From a virus: a stretch of DNA of 64,000 nt. How positions within the stretch are numbered: the first letter of the stretch is position 1; each line of letters opens with the position of its first letter. The notes beneath the pieces are model-generated. The model did no database searches. It was not told the DNA's origin and worked only from the letters and a program-made list of their open reading frames with translations. Of the stretch, positions 9,147 through 18,783 are shown in pieces. Both the position numbers and the translations under genes were made by a program. The DNA lies in IMG/VR virus record IMGVR_UViG_3300042867_001113. One strand, 5' to 3'.

Positions 9147-9962
9147 TCAGAAAGGGATCTCGTCGTCGACAGCTGCCGTCGAACCACCGCTGCTTCCCTT
9201 GTTGTCGTAGTCGCGGGTGTTCTCCGAGGCGTCGAAGCCACCCAAGAGTTCCTTGACCTCTTTCGCGGTCTTCGGCGCGTAGATCGCGTCGTAGCGGAAG
9301 GGGACAAGCTTCCGCACAATTTTCCCATCAGCGCCCTTGCTGATGGCGAACACGCGGGAGAGCTTGGCGTATGCTTCGGCGCTCTCGTCCGCAGCCGTGT
9401 ACAGGTCGGCCAGCTTCTTTCCCTTGTAGACCACAAGGTCGAACAGCTTGGTCATGTCGACGTCGCGGGTGTACTCGTAGTCGTCACCGACCGCAGGGCT
9501 CTTGTCGGTTTCGCGAGTGACCCTGTAGAGCCGCCCGACGATTGACTTCCCGTCCTTCGCCAAATCGGTCATCTTACGATCGAGCTTCTGCGAGGTCTTG
9601 AACTTCGCGGGCAGCACCTTGATCTCGTACTGGCGAGCGTTGCCCTTCTTGTCAGTCCACTTCGACGTGTCGACGATCGTCATCATCGAGACGCGGTAGC
9701 GCGAGTCCTTGCCAGCGATCTGGCAGCAGTTGGGCTCGCCGTCCTCGGTCACCGGCGCAAGGCAGGTGATCCAGTTCTTCCAGTTGCCGTTCAGCTTCAG
9801 GTTGTGTTCGTCAAAGGTGAACGGAGCGTCGTCGACGAAGACGAAGTCACGGGACTCCTTCGCAGGCATCCAGACCCGGTCTGGCTCCCACGTGAGCATG
9901 TCGCTCTTGCCTCCGCCGCTGTCCTTCGAGAACCCTGTGGAGTACCAGCTCTTTCCAGTCAT
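9147..9962 (-). CDS. phage-type single-stranded DNA-binding protein (gp32-like)
   Basis: EH...C...CC zinc-like motif, YRVTR, acidic tail ending DDEIPF; located between helicase and primase. Confidence 0.7.
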   Translation of the reverse strand: MTGKSWYSTGFSKDSGGGKSDMLTWEPDRVWMPAKESRDFVFVDDAPFTFDEHNLKLNGNWKNWITCLAPVTEDGEPNCCQIAGKDSRYRVSMMTIVDTSKWTDKKGNARQYEIKVLPAKFKTSQKLDRKMTDLAKDGKSIVGRLYRVTRETDKSPAVGDDYEYTRDVDMTKLFDLVVYKGKKLADLYTAADESAEAYAKLSRVFAISKGADGKIVRKLVPFRYDAIYAPKTAKEVKELLGGFDASENTRDYDNKGSSGGSTAAVDDEIPF

Positions 9963-10057
9963 GATTTTCCTTCGGCTTCCGTCTGGGAAGCTCTTGCCAC
10001 TGTCCCTTGGTTGAAGTGCTCGTCGGGACATCCGAGCACCCTGTCAGTAACAGGCTC

Positions 10058-11116
10058 TCAGTGAATTCCCATTGCGTTTGGTGATCCAAGAGTCTCAGCC
10101 AACTCCAAAGCAGACAGCTCGTCCGGGTCGCGGTTCATCGGAATCTTCGCGATGCGCGTGGGGATGCGCGTGAGCAGGACGTCCTTCATCCGGTCTGCGG
10201 CCTCCATCCCGGGGGTGTCACCGTCAGGGAGAATCACAATGTTCTTGAAGAAGCGAACGAGCTTCTCGATCTGGATACGGCTGATGTGCGTGCCCATGAT
10301 GGCGACGCCTTGGTAGCCGTGCTGCCAGAGGTGAATCGCGTCGAAGAAGCCCTCGACAATGACGCCGGTTCCCTCGCCGCCCTCCTTGAGGCGGACCTCC
10401 CCGTAGAGGTAGCGGTCACGCTGGAAGCCAAGAGAGTGTAAAAACTTTCGTTTGCTCTCCCCTTCAAGTGAACGACCGGAGATGCCTACAAGTCTTTTTT
10501 TGCAGTCTCGTATGGGGATGGCAATTCGTCGAGCTTGCCGATGCCAGCGGAACTCCCAATCGGCGATGGACTTCTCATCCAGCCCGCGCCCCTTGAGGTA
10601 GTCAAAGGATTCACCATCGAGAGGATCGAACGCCTGCAGGTCACCATCCGCCAAGACCGTCTCCGGCACGTCGTAGGCGTAGCCAAGCGCCGCCTGCGCG
10701 GTCTTCGCAGAGAGCCGGATGCCACCCACTTCCATCGGACCCGTTGGGCGCTTCTCGGCGCGCTCCAGCGCAGCCTTCAGCAGGTCGGTCGAGGACAGAG
10801 AGTCCCGGTCCTTTGCCAGAACCCACTGGAAAATGTCGGAGAACGCTGTGGTGTCATGGCCTCCCGCCACCATCAGGGCTCGCAGCCGGGTCAGCAGCTC
10901 AATGACGGACCCTTTCGCATTGCAGGTGAAGCAGCGGTAGTGGCTGGGTCCGTCGTCGATGCGAATGCCAAAAGACGAACTCTTGTCCTCGCGCGTCTTG
11001 TGCAGCTTCGTGAAAGGGGCGAACGGGCAAGAGGCGTTCACCCAGCCAGACATATTCTGTCGGATGCGATTGCACCCAATCTTGTCCAATAGGTCGGTGA
11101 TGTCCTCGGCTTGCAT
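10058..11116 (-). CDS. dnaG: DNA primase (CHC2-like zinc finger + TOPRIM)
   Basis: CPF..H...CFTC; IVEGFFDAI; PDGDTPG; DPDE. Confidence 0.9.
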   Translation of the reverse strand: MQAEDITDLLDKIGCNRIRQNMSGWVNASCPFAPFTKLHKTREDKSSSFGIRIDDGPSHYRCFTCNAKGSVIELLTRLRALMVAGGHDTTAFSDIFQWVLAKDRDSLSSTDLLKAALERAEKRPTGPMEVGGIRLSAKTAQAALGYAYDVPETVLADGDLQAFDPLDGESFDYLKGRGLDEKSIADWEFRWHRQARRIAIPIRDCKKRLVGISGRSLEGESKRKFLHSLGFQRDRYLYGEVRLKEGGEGTGVIVEGFFDAIHLWQHGYQGVAIMGTHISRIQIEKLVRFFKNIVILPDGDTPGMEAADRMKDVLLTRIPTRIAKIPMNRDPDELSALELAETLGSPNAMGIH

Positions 11117-11136
11117 GGAGGCCTCTGTAACACCGA

Positions 11137-11532
11137 TCAGGTGATGTCGATGACCGACTTGTTGACGCGCTTTCGTTCCTCAACAAGCAGCTGAACGTAG
11201 AATTTGTCGAACCGCTTAGTTTTCGTGGGCCCGCCCGGTTCCCGGCGGTGAACGGAGTCCCGCTCCCGCCCGTAAGACGTGAGCGATATGGCTTCTCGGC
11301 TGCTCGACTCGGAGACCATACGGTACTTCTTGAGTTGAGCGAGGGCGATGTCCATCGCAGCGTTGAACTTGGTGGGGTCGAAGTTGTCTGTGTTCGGAGA
11401 AGACTTCACCGGAACCTTGTTCCTGCTGTTCGCAGGACGAGCGCGGGGTAGGTCCGCGTTCAAGAAGATGGCGAGCACCATGTGCCGAAAAAGTAAGGGG
11501 TAGTTTGGAACCTCAAAGCCGTCGTCAGCCAT
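11137..11532 (-). CDS. hypothetical protein
   Basis: GAGG SD; lies between dnaB and primase. Confidence 0.6.
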   Translation of the reverse strand: MADDGFEVPNYPLLFRHMVLAIFLNADLPRARPANSRNKVPVKSSPNTDNFDPTKFNAAMDIALAQLKKYRMVSESSSREAISLTSYGRERDSVHRREPGGPTKTKRFDKFYVQLLVEERKRVNKSVIDIT

Positions 11533-11541
11533 CGTGTCCTC

Positions 11542-12840
11542 CTAGAACAAGTCGCCGATGGGATCGTCGGCAGCCGCGTCGGGACCGCTCGGCACACCAG
11601 ACGGAGCGAACGCGGGGGCTCCGCCGAAGTTCGCCTTCGGAATCTCAGAGAAGTCCATACGCTCGAAGTCCCAGTTGCACTCGATCTCTTCGCTCTCGCC
11701 TTCCCGCACCTTGAGAGGCTTGAAGGCCATGCGGCGGTTCTTCTTCATCTCCTCGGTCTGGATGAGACCGAAGATGAGGTCGGCGTTCCAGCCAGCGACG
11801 TCGGTCATGGCGATGCTGTCCGCCTGCACCGTCTTGGCTTGGTTGACCTTCACCTCGCGGTTGAACTGCATGGTCGCCACGACTGCGGCTTTGCTGCGCT
11901 TGGCGATACGCTTCAGCTCGTCAAAGACGTTGGCGGCTCGCTCGGTCCGGGTGAGCCCGTGGACCTTCAGCAGGTACGCACCGTCGACGATCACGAGGTC
12001 CGGCTTCTCGTCCATCACAATGCCTGCGAACGAGTCCATGCTGAAGTCGAAGTCGCCGCCAACGATGTTCAGGTTGGGGCTGTTCTCAATCGCCTTGATA
12101 CCGTCACGAATGCGCTTCTCCGTGAACGAGTCGAGCTTGCCACGTCTGAAGTCGCCGTAGGGAATCCTGAACTTCGTGGCGAGGTAGCGCATCGCCATCG
12201 TCTCCTTCGACATTTCTGTCGTCGCGATGAGCACCTTCTTCCCCTGTTCCCAAGCCGTACCAGCGAGGAGGATCGCCGACCACGTCTTGCCGATACCCAT
12301 GCGGGCCACGAACAGGACGAGGTCTTCCGGCCAGAGCCCCAGCGTCGAGTCGTTGATGGTCGGCCACGGAGTCTGGATACCGCGTTCGCCACGCTTGATC
12401 TTCTCGTAGTATTCAATGACCTTCCCGCCCAAGCCGGGAATGCTCTCGACGAGAGCTGTCCGAGTGTCGAGCTTCCGCAGCGTGCGCAGCAGGTCTTCGA
12501 CAGCAGCCTGACCCTTCGCAGGTTCGCCCAGATCGAGGATGCCGATGAGGTTCTTCACGCCCGCGTGAAGCATCCCGTGAAGCTTGCGGTCGTAGGCTGC
12601 GTTGATGAGGTACGGCAGCGGGTCCGTCGGAGGGGGGACGATTACTCCGGTCTCGCGTTCAACGATCGAGAGCGACGGGAGGTCGTTGTAGGTCTTGTTG
12701 AAGTCGACCGTGAAGTCGAAGACGACCTTCCCGTCGCCTTCGAGGAGGTCAGCTCGGAAGCCGGTCTCCGCGAGGTGACGGAGGCTGGCCTTGCCACCAG
12801 CAAGAACTGCGGAGGCTAGCGACAAGTCAAGATCGGCCAC
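11542..12840 (-). CDS. dnaB: replicative DnaB-like helicase
   Basis: ARMGIGKT, TEMS, VIVDGAYL, ELKRIAK, MQFNRE, ADLI, KVREG. Confidence 0.92.
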   Translation of the reverse strand: MADLDLSLASAVLAGGKASLRHLAETGFRADLLEGDGKVVFDFTVDFNKTYNDLPSLSIVERETGVIVPPPTDPLPYLINAAYDRKLHGMLHAGVKNLIGILDLGEPAKGQAAVEDLLRTLRKLDTRTALVESIPGLGGKVIEYYEKIKRGERGIQTPWPTINDSTLGLWPEDLVLFVARMGIGKTWSAILLAGTAWEQGKKVLIATTEMSKETMAMRYLATKFRIPYGDFRRGKLDSFTEKRIRDGIKAIENSPNLNIVGGDFDFSMDSFAGIVMDEKPDLVIVDGAYLLKVHGLTRTERAANVFDELKRIAKRSKAAVVATMQFNREVKVNQAKTVQADSIAMTDVAGWNADLIFGLIQTEEMKKNRRMAFKPLKVREGESEEIECNWDFERMDFSEIPKANFGGAPAFAPSGVPSGPDAAADDPIGDLF

Positions 12841-13467
12841 TCAGCCCCCAAGGTCTTTTCGGAGTTGCAACGACGCTTCATCTTGCCGCTCGGTCCCCGC
12901 ACAGGAGACCGCGTGGAAAGTCCCGCGCATAGAATGAAGGATCGACGGATAGTCGACGGAGAAGTCTTCAGGCCCCAGCCTAGTGGAAAGCACCGTGGTC
13001 TTCCCACGCGTCGACCGGCTCTTGAGCAGGTGCTCCACGTCGCTGATGCCGAACGTGAAATTGCGAAAGTCGTCCGCTGCAAGGTCGTCGATGACGAGGA
13101 TGTCGACCGCGCGCACGCGAGACATGATCGATTCCGACGAGTCGAAGTCTTCGTTCTCCTTGAGGGACTGCCGCAGCTCTTTCACCGTCGTGTAGTAACC
13201 GACGTGTCCGTGCTCCCACCCCGCTTTGAGGATCACGACGCCACCGCAGGTCTTGCCTGAGCCTGCAGGCCCGAAGAGCCAGAAGCCCACTCCCCGGCGA
13301 AGCATCGAATGGATGCTGGCGACGTAGCGATGGATCGGACGCTTCAACTCCAGCGTCAGCTTCGGGTAGGTAGATTCCCACAGGCGCTCAGGAACGTTCA
13401 TGCGACGCAAAGCCCACTCGTCGCACACCATCAGCGGAGGCTGGGGAGGTGCTGGGGGTGCCATCAT
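12841..13467 (-). CDS. DnaC/IstB-like AAA+ helicase loader
   Basis: GPAGSGKT Walker A, LVIDDL Walker B; between initiator and DnaB. Confidence 0.85.
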   Translation of the reverse strand: MMAPPAPPQPPLMVCDEWALRRMNVPERLWESTYPKLTLELKRPIHRYVASIHSMLRRGVGFWLFGPAGSGKTCGGVVILKAGWEHGHVGYYTTVKELRQSLKENEDFDSSESIMSRVRAVDILVIDDLAADDFRNFTFGISDVEHLLKSRSTRGKTTVLSTRLGPEDFSVDYPSILHSMRGTFHAVSCAGTERQDEASLQLRKDLGG

Positions 13468-15521
13468 TTCTTGGCACCCGACTTCGTCGCTCGATGGGCC
13501 GCGAGTAGCTCAGGAGGGGGCACCGCGAACGGATCGTGTTTGACCGATTCCAGCCATTCCGCGTACTCGGTCTTGTTCATCGGGGTCTTGATGAGGCGCC
13601 GCAGCTCGGCGAAGACCGAGGCGTGGCAGGCGTAGAGCAAGCCGATGGTCGGGACGCCGTCGCGAGTCTTTGTCAGGAGCGGGCCGAACTTGTCCCAATG
13701 GAGCACGAACCCGCGCACGAGATGTTCGACCGTGGCCTCGTCGCCGCCGTAGCCTTCGAGGAGGTCCGTGATCAGCTTCCCCTCCTTGCGGGCGAGGAGC
13801 TTCCCTCCCTCGCGCTTGAACCAAGCGATCTGAGGCACGTCCGGGAAGGCGGTGCCCATCTCCTCGCGCCATGCCAGCTCGATACGTTGCGCCCCGGGCT
13901 TCTGACTCCGGTACGAGGCATCGCTGGTCAGGTTGGCCTTCTTGCGCTCCTTGGTGCGCTGCTTCTGAAATTTTGCCTCCACCGCAGCCCGACTTCGCTG
14001 TTTGGCCTGTTCCACCACCGCCAGCACCGCAGAGAGGTCTGGGGGAACCGCCGGGAGGGCCTCCCCAGCCCCGGGAACGGCCTCCTGAGCCTCGATCGGG
14101 GGTTCGGGTGGGGTTCGGGTAGGGTCGGGGGGTCTGGTGCGGCTGGGAGGCGTCACGCGGGGTTCCTCGCTTCGAGATGGGTCCGCCGAACCAGTAACCG
14201 ATGTTTTCACGTTTCCCGACCGCAAGCCGCCGACGGGGGAAAGGGGGGCGGGCGGCGCAGGGGGTTTGGGGGTCGGCTCCGGGTCCGGGTCCGGAAACGA
14301 GTTCAACAACGAGTTCGAGTTCAGCAGCGAGTTCGTGTTGAGCGGCGAAGCTACGAAGCCTGAATCGAGATCGCGACCGAGGCAGACGAAGGCTGCCGAA
14401 GGTTCGCTGCCTGCACCGAAGGGAGAAAGGATCAAATACGTAGTATTTGAGCCTTTCCCCGTAGGGGAAGGCATTCTATGTCCATTATGTATGTACGGAT
14501 TTTCAGCCGTCGTAACTCCCTGAAAACTCGGCTGAAACTCGATGTCGTACCCCGTTTCTGATGTTCTCTCAGGGGACATCTGATGTCCCCTCAGGGGACA
14601 TCGCAGCTCGCTCTCGGCGCTTTCTGACTCGCCACAATTCAGGGACTTAGCTGAAGCACTTTCGGCGATTTCGGCGAATCCACGTCCGATGAGCACATCG
14701 CGCGCTTGGGGACAGCTGATGTCACCGGAAAAATTCCAGACTGCCGAGTTTTCAAGGGGTTGCAGCAGATTGAGTTGGATGGCGTCGGTCTTCCAGAGGA
14801 CATCGCCTGCTTCGACGGCAGTCAGAGGCGGATGGAACCAAGAGGGGACATCGAACCCCTCGGCGATGGGGAGGACGCTCTTGAAGGGGATGCGCGAGGG
14901 CTGAGGCGAGGGCTGAGGCTTCGACTGCTTCAGCTTGGGTCCAGCGGTCGGCTTGAGGTGGACGACCGGCATTGTGTACCCAGCGGGGAGGGCTCCTGCC
15001 TTGCTCAAGACCTCGGCTGATGTCGCGTGCTGGTTGGTTGGGGAGAGCTTGCGGTAGGACGTTCCCCAGCAAGCCTTGGCGCGCTCGTCGGCCTTCTCGT
15101 ACCAGTCTTGCTGCACTGCGTCAGCGTAGACGGCTTCCACCCACGTCGACCCTTGCGGACGTCGGATGCCAAGCTCGTAGATTTTGTCGCGCCCGGTCCG
15201 CCCACCCATCACGATCCAGCCGAGGTCGGCAAGTTTTCGGAGCTGCTTGTTCACGCGGGGGCGAGAGACGCCGGAGACTTCCGCGAGCTGAGACTGGCTG
15301 ACCTTGGCTGAGAGGAAGCCGAGCACGGTCCGCTCGCAGAGGTCTTCGGGACCATATGTTTCCTGTCGCCAGACAAAGGTACGTAGCGCGTCGTAGACGG
15401 CGAGAGCCTGCAGACCCATCAGGGATGGGAGGTGGAGTCGGTGGCGGAGGTGGAGAACTTGGTCGAAGCCGGTCGGGACTACTGCGCTGCTGGAAGTCTG
15501 TGCGCGCGCCTGCTTCGCCAT
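13464..15521 (-). CDS. putative replication initiator (N-terminal winged HTH, Pro-rich linker)
   Basis: SQSQLAEVSGVSRPRVNKQLRKLADLGWI HTH; position upstream of loader and helicase. Confidence 0.7.
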   Translation of the reverse strand: MAKQARAQTSSSAVVPTGFDQVLHLRHRLHLPSLMGLQALAVYDALRTFVWRQETYGPEDLCERTVLGFLSAKVSQSQLAEVSGVSRPRVNKQLRKLADLGWIVMGGRTGRDKIYELGIRRPQGSTWVEAVYADAVQQDWYEKADERAKACWGTSYRKLSPTNQHATSAEVLSKAGALPAGYTMPVVHLKPTAGPKLKQSKPQPSPQPSRIPFKSVLPIAEGFDVPSWFHPPLTAVEAGDVLWKTDAIQLNLLQPLENSAVWNFSGDISCPQARDVLIGRGFAEIAESASAKSLNCGESESAESELRCPLRGHQMSPERTSETGYDIEFQPSFQGVTTAENPYIHNGHRMPSPTGKGSNTTYLILSPFGAGSEPSAAFVCLGRDLDSGFVASPLNTNSLLNSNSLLNSFPDPDPEPTPKPPAPPAPLSPVGGLRSGNVKTSVTGSADPSRSEEPRVTPPSRTRPPDPTRTPPEPPIEAQEAVPGAGEALPAVPPDLSAVLAVVEQAKQRSRAAVEAKFQKQRTKERKKANLTSDASYRSQKPGAQRIELAWREEMGTAFPDVPQIAWFKREGGKLLARKEGKLITDLLEGYGGDEATVEHLVRGFVLHWDKFGPLLTKTRDGVPTIGLLYACHASVFAELRRLIKTPMNKTEYAEWLESVKHDPFAVPPPELLAAHRATKSGAKK
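14432..14852. repeat. iteron-like GGGGACATC repeats plus AT-rich patch (putative origin)
   Basis: AGGGGACATC at 14571, inverted at 14582, direct at 14593 and 14843; inverted repeat TCAAATAC/GTATTTGA at 14432-14450. Confidence 0.55.
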
Positions 15522-15618
15522 GAGTGCTCCAGAGTGATCCCGCCTCGGTCAGCGGGGGCCAATTCCTGCCGGATGTCCCGAAGGCACGCAAACAGATTCG
15601 GCATGCTTCGCTGTTGAC

Positions 15619-15649
15619 AAAAACGGCGCTCCGAAGAGCGCCGTTTTTT
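15619..15649. terminator. bidirectional intrinsic terminator
   Basis: AAAAACGGCGCTC-CGAA-GAGCGCCGTTTTT. Confidence 0.8.
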
Positions 15650-15670
15650 CGTTATCTTGCGGGCAGATCC

Positions 15671-17896
15671 TCAACCACCTTTGAGGTGGTTGGAGAACGA
15701 GGTGGAGACCAGATCCACCAGTGTTTTCGTCAAGGACTCAAATTTTACACCCTGCTTGACACGCTTCCATCGGCGGCGGTTGCCGAACATCTGCAGGCAG
15801 GCAGCATCCTTGATGCCGTCTCCGATCACGAGCGTCGTGGTCTCGACTTTCAGCTTCGCCGCGCGCATCAGCTCTCTTTGGACGGCACCGTAAGAGGTCT
15901 TACCGTCGAGGACGTCGGAGTGGTTGGGATCCCCGTCGGTCAAGAGGATGAGGTGCTTCTTCTCGTACCCCGTGCTCAACCAGTTCAGTGCGACTCGGAT
16001 TGCCGTTGCCATCGGCGTTGTACCGATGGCAGGCATCTCGCTGCTGTCTGCGACGTCGAGGTTGGGGGCGATGCGTGAGAGGTGAACCGAGTCGCCGCTG
16101 CCGTGGAATCCCCACGAGTGCATCTCGACGTTCTGGATCTTCAACGCCCCTCGCAGGATGCGTGCTGCGCGCTCGACCGCATCTGATGGGAGCCCCTGCA
16201 TCGAGGAGGATCGGTCAGTGAGGATCAGCACCTTGAACCCGCGCCCAGACACGTCGGTGCGGAACACCGGGCCAACCTGACCGGACACCCTCTGTGCAAT
16301 CAGAGCCTGTACGTCGATCTCAACTCCGTCGTCGGTGAGCGCCTTTGCGTTTCGATTTTTCACGCGGTGGAAGGTGTCCTTCATGCGCGCCACCGTGCGT
16401 TGGTCGTCGGGCTTGAGGGGTGGCACCTTGTAGGAGGCTTCGGTGATGTCCCTGAAGACCACTCGGGAGCCCACGTTGCGTGTGTTCCATTCTCGCTCTG
16501 TCGGTTCAGCCACCTGCTCAAGGGCTTCTTGGATGGTGTCCATCACCTTGACCATGTCTCCCTCGGACTTATCGAGGAAGGCATCGAGGGCGTCCTTGTT
16601 GGAGACGTCGGTCGCATATGCGTCAGCGACGAGCTTCCGAGCGCTGGCCGAGAGGCTGTGGTCTTTTGACGCCGACGGCTTGTCGTTGTTCACCCGGTCG
16701 AGGGCAGCCTGCATGGGAGACTTTGCTGCCTGCCCCATCGTTCGCGCAGCTTCGAGGAGCTTCTTGAAGGCGTCGATCCGCTCTTCCGGAGTGGCGTCCA
16801 CCTTGGGTGGTTCCCAATCCGCACCTCCACCTTGAGCGCCACCTTGCCCGTCGCCTTTGTCAGCCGACGGTTGAGGCTGCGTTGAGAACTGCGCGGAGTC
16901 GTCAGGTTGAGTCCCCTTGCCGCCGCCTTTGGCGTCGTCACCGGCCTTCTGCTTGCTCTTGGCAGGAGGCGCACCATCGAGTCCCGGGGCGCCTCCGTCG
17001 TCACCCGCGTCACCGTCACCGTTGCTGCCATCTGCATCATCGGCACCGCCATCGCTGTCGTCGTTGCCAGCGTCTCCCCCGAAGGCATCACCCATGTCGT
17101 CGAGGTCGGTCTTCATGGTCGACTTGCCTGCCTTGGGAGGAGGCGGGAGCTTCTTGGTGATGCGGATCATCTCGGAGACGATCTGGGTCATCAGCCACTT
17201 GCCGATCACGAACGTGGACCCCGGGCCCTTGCGCTCGACCTTCTTCAGCGAAGCGACCATCGCGGGCTCGAAGCGGTCGAACACACCGGGAGGGATCTTC
17301 GCGTTGTAGGCCACGCAGAGGAAGTAGCCGATGATGTCGTCGTGCGCGGTTGCTTTCTTCTTCTCGACGATGGACCGGCTGTGCTCTTCGAGGCGCTTGT
17401 AGCTGCCGGGGTAGAGCATGGCCCAGAGGCTGTTGACGCGATGGTCCTCGATGATGTTCAGGATCGTGCCGACCATGTTCGTCAGATAGTTGCGGTCGTC
17501 TGGCGACATCACCGTACCGAAGGCGGCGAGGGCCTTCGACACCTGCAGGACGTACTGCTCGCAGAAGTTCTTCTTCGCCTCGAAGTTCGACTTGAACAGG
17601 TTGTGCGAGATCTCGTGCTCAACAAATTCGTAGAAGTAGGGGTGGTCGACAGGCGCCCCGATGTTGAAACCGTCGGTGTACGCGAACTTCGCCGGGATCA
17701 GCTGAAGCTTGCGACCCAAGAGGCGGCTGAAGGTCGACACTGTTTTCGTCGCTGCGACCAACCGGCCCTGTTGAAGATGCTCCTGCGACTCCTGCGCGAG
17801 CAGCTGCCCGTAGCGTTCGAGGCTGGCAAGGTCATTGACCTGTGCGAGGACGGAATCGAGGGTGATGTTCTTGACGGCGTTCTGGTTCATGCTCAC
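15671..17896 (-). CDS. von Willebrand A domain protein (MoxR partner, CobT-like layout)
   Basis: HEISH and NIIEDHRVN at the N-terminus, acidic Gly/Asp linker, MIDAS DRSSSM...T...LLTDG. Confidence 0.85.
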   Translation of the reverse strand: MSMNQNAVKNITLDSVLAQVNDLASLERYGQLLAQESQEHLQQGRLVAATKTVSTFSRLLGRKLQLIPAKFAYTDGFNIGAPVDHPYFYEFVEHEISHNLFKSNFEAKKNFCEQYVLQVSKALAAFGTVMSPDDRNYLTNMVGTILNIIEDHRVNSLWAMLYPGSYKRLEEHSRSIVEKKKATAHDDIIGYFLCVAYNAKIPPGVFDRFEPAMVASLKKVERKGPGSTFVIGKWLMTQIVSEMIRITKKLPPPPKAGKSTMKTDLDDMGDAFGGDAGNDDSDGGADDADGSNGDGDAGDDGGAPGLDGAPPAKSKQKAGDDAKGGGKGTQPDDSAQFSTQPQPSADKGDGQGGAQGGGADWEPPKVDATPEERIDAFKKLLEAARTMGQAAKSPMQAALDRVNNDKPSASKDHSLSASARKLVADAYATDVSNKDALDAFLDKSEGDMVKVMDTIQEALEQVAEPTEREWNTRNVGSRVVFRDITEASYKVPPLKPDDQRTVARMKDTFHRVKNRNAKALTDDGVEIDVQALIAQRVSGQVGPVFRTDVSGRGFKVLILTDRSSSMQGLPSDAVERAARILRGALKIQNVEMHSWGFHGSGDSVHLSRIAPNLDVADSSEMPAIGTTPMATAIRVALNWLSTGYEKKHLILLTDGDPNHSDVLDGKTSYGAVQRELMRAAKLKVETTTLVIGDGIKDAACLQMFGNRRRWKRVKQGVKFESLTKTLVDLVSTSFSNHLKGG

Positions 17897-18735
17897 ACCT
17901 TCTCGGTCAGGGTGTAACCGAAGATCGAGGACACTCGCGCCTTGACCATCGTCTGGTCTTCGCCCTCGAACTTGCCGAGGACAATCCGAAGCGCGCGCTC
18001 CATCCCGACCGTGGCGCTATCCTCAAGCACCTGAACAACGTCGCGGGGGCTGAGCGCGTATTCAAGGGACTTCTGTCGGGTCTCCTGCGCGAGCAGCATG
18101 ACCTTCTTCATGCTGACCGGGTCGACCTTGCCAGCGAAGTGCGCGGCGATGATCTTGGCCTCTTCCTCGGGCTGGGGGTAGCCGAGCGAGAGCATGCGGA
18201 AGCGGCTCTTGAGGTCTTCGTTCAGTGCGTACACGCCCCCGTAAGCAGAGGTGTTCATCGTGCCGACCACCCAGAGCTTCGCGTCCTTCTTCAGCTCGAA
18301 GACCCGGTTGCACTCAGGCACCTCCATGCGTCGTCGGAAGTCGGCGATCGGGTTGAGCACCTTCTGCATCTGGGGCGAGAGCCCGTTGATCTCTTCGAGG
18401 ACAAGGATGCAGGATCCGACCTCGTTGGCGACCTCAAAAGCCGTCGTGATGGGGCCGAGGATGAAGGGGGTCTCATTCCCCTTCAGGACGTACATGCCGA
18501 GGAGGTTGGCGCGGCGAACGTCCTCGCTGCAGTCGAAGGTGACGATCGGCGTCTTCGCCTTCGCAGCGTAGCTCTGGAAGGACATCGTCTTGCCGATGCC
18601 CTTGGGTCCGACGAGGATGAGGTTTGACCGGAAGGCGAGTCCATCAAAGAGCCCGTGGAGGCCCCAGACGTCGGCGTAGGGAAGGTTGTCACGCGCGGCG
18701 TAAGTCGTGGACGGGAGGCGTTCGATTGAGGTCAT
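17893..18735 (-). CDS. MoxR/CbbQ-like AAA+ ATPase
   Basis: GPKGIGKT, LVLEEIN, GTMN, LNEDLKSRF, SPRD. Confidence 0.88.
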   Translation of the reverse strand: MTSIERLPSTTYAARDNLPYADVWGLHGLFDGLAFRSNLILVGPKGIGKTMSFQSYAAKAKTPIVTFDCSEDVRRANLLGMYVLKGNETPFILGPITTAFEVANEVGSCILVLEEINGLSPQMQKVLNPIADFRRRMEVPECNRVFELKKDAKLWVVGTMNTSAYGGVYALNEDLKSRFRMLSLGYPQPEEEAKIIAAHFAGKVDPVSMKKVMLLAQETRQKSLEYALSPRDVVQVLEDSATVGMERALRIVLGKFEGEDQTMVKARVSSIFGYTLTEKV

Positions 18736-18783
18736 GGTTTGCTCCTGAACAAGATGTAACTGGTTGGAAGGTGGTTCAAAGGA

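Noticed and set aside
11839-17917. Long + strand ORFs (11839-12819, 13536-14363, 16907-17917)
   Set aside because: Antisense to dnaB, the initiator and the vWA gene; no motifs or SD.
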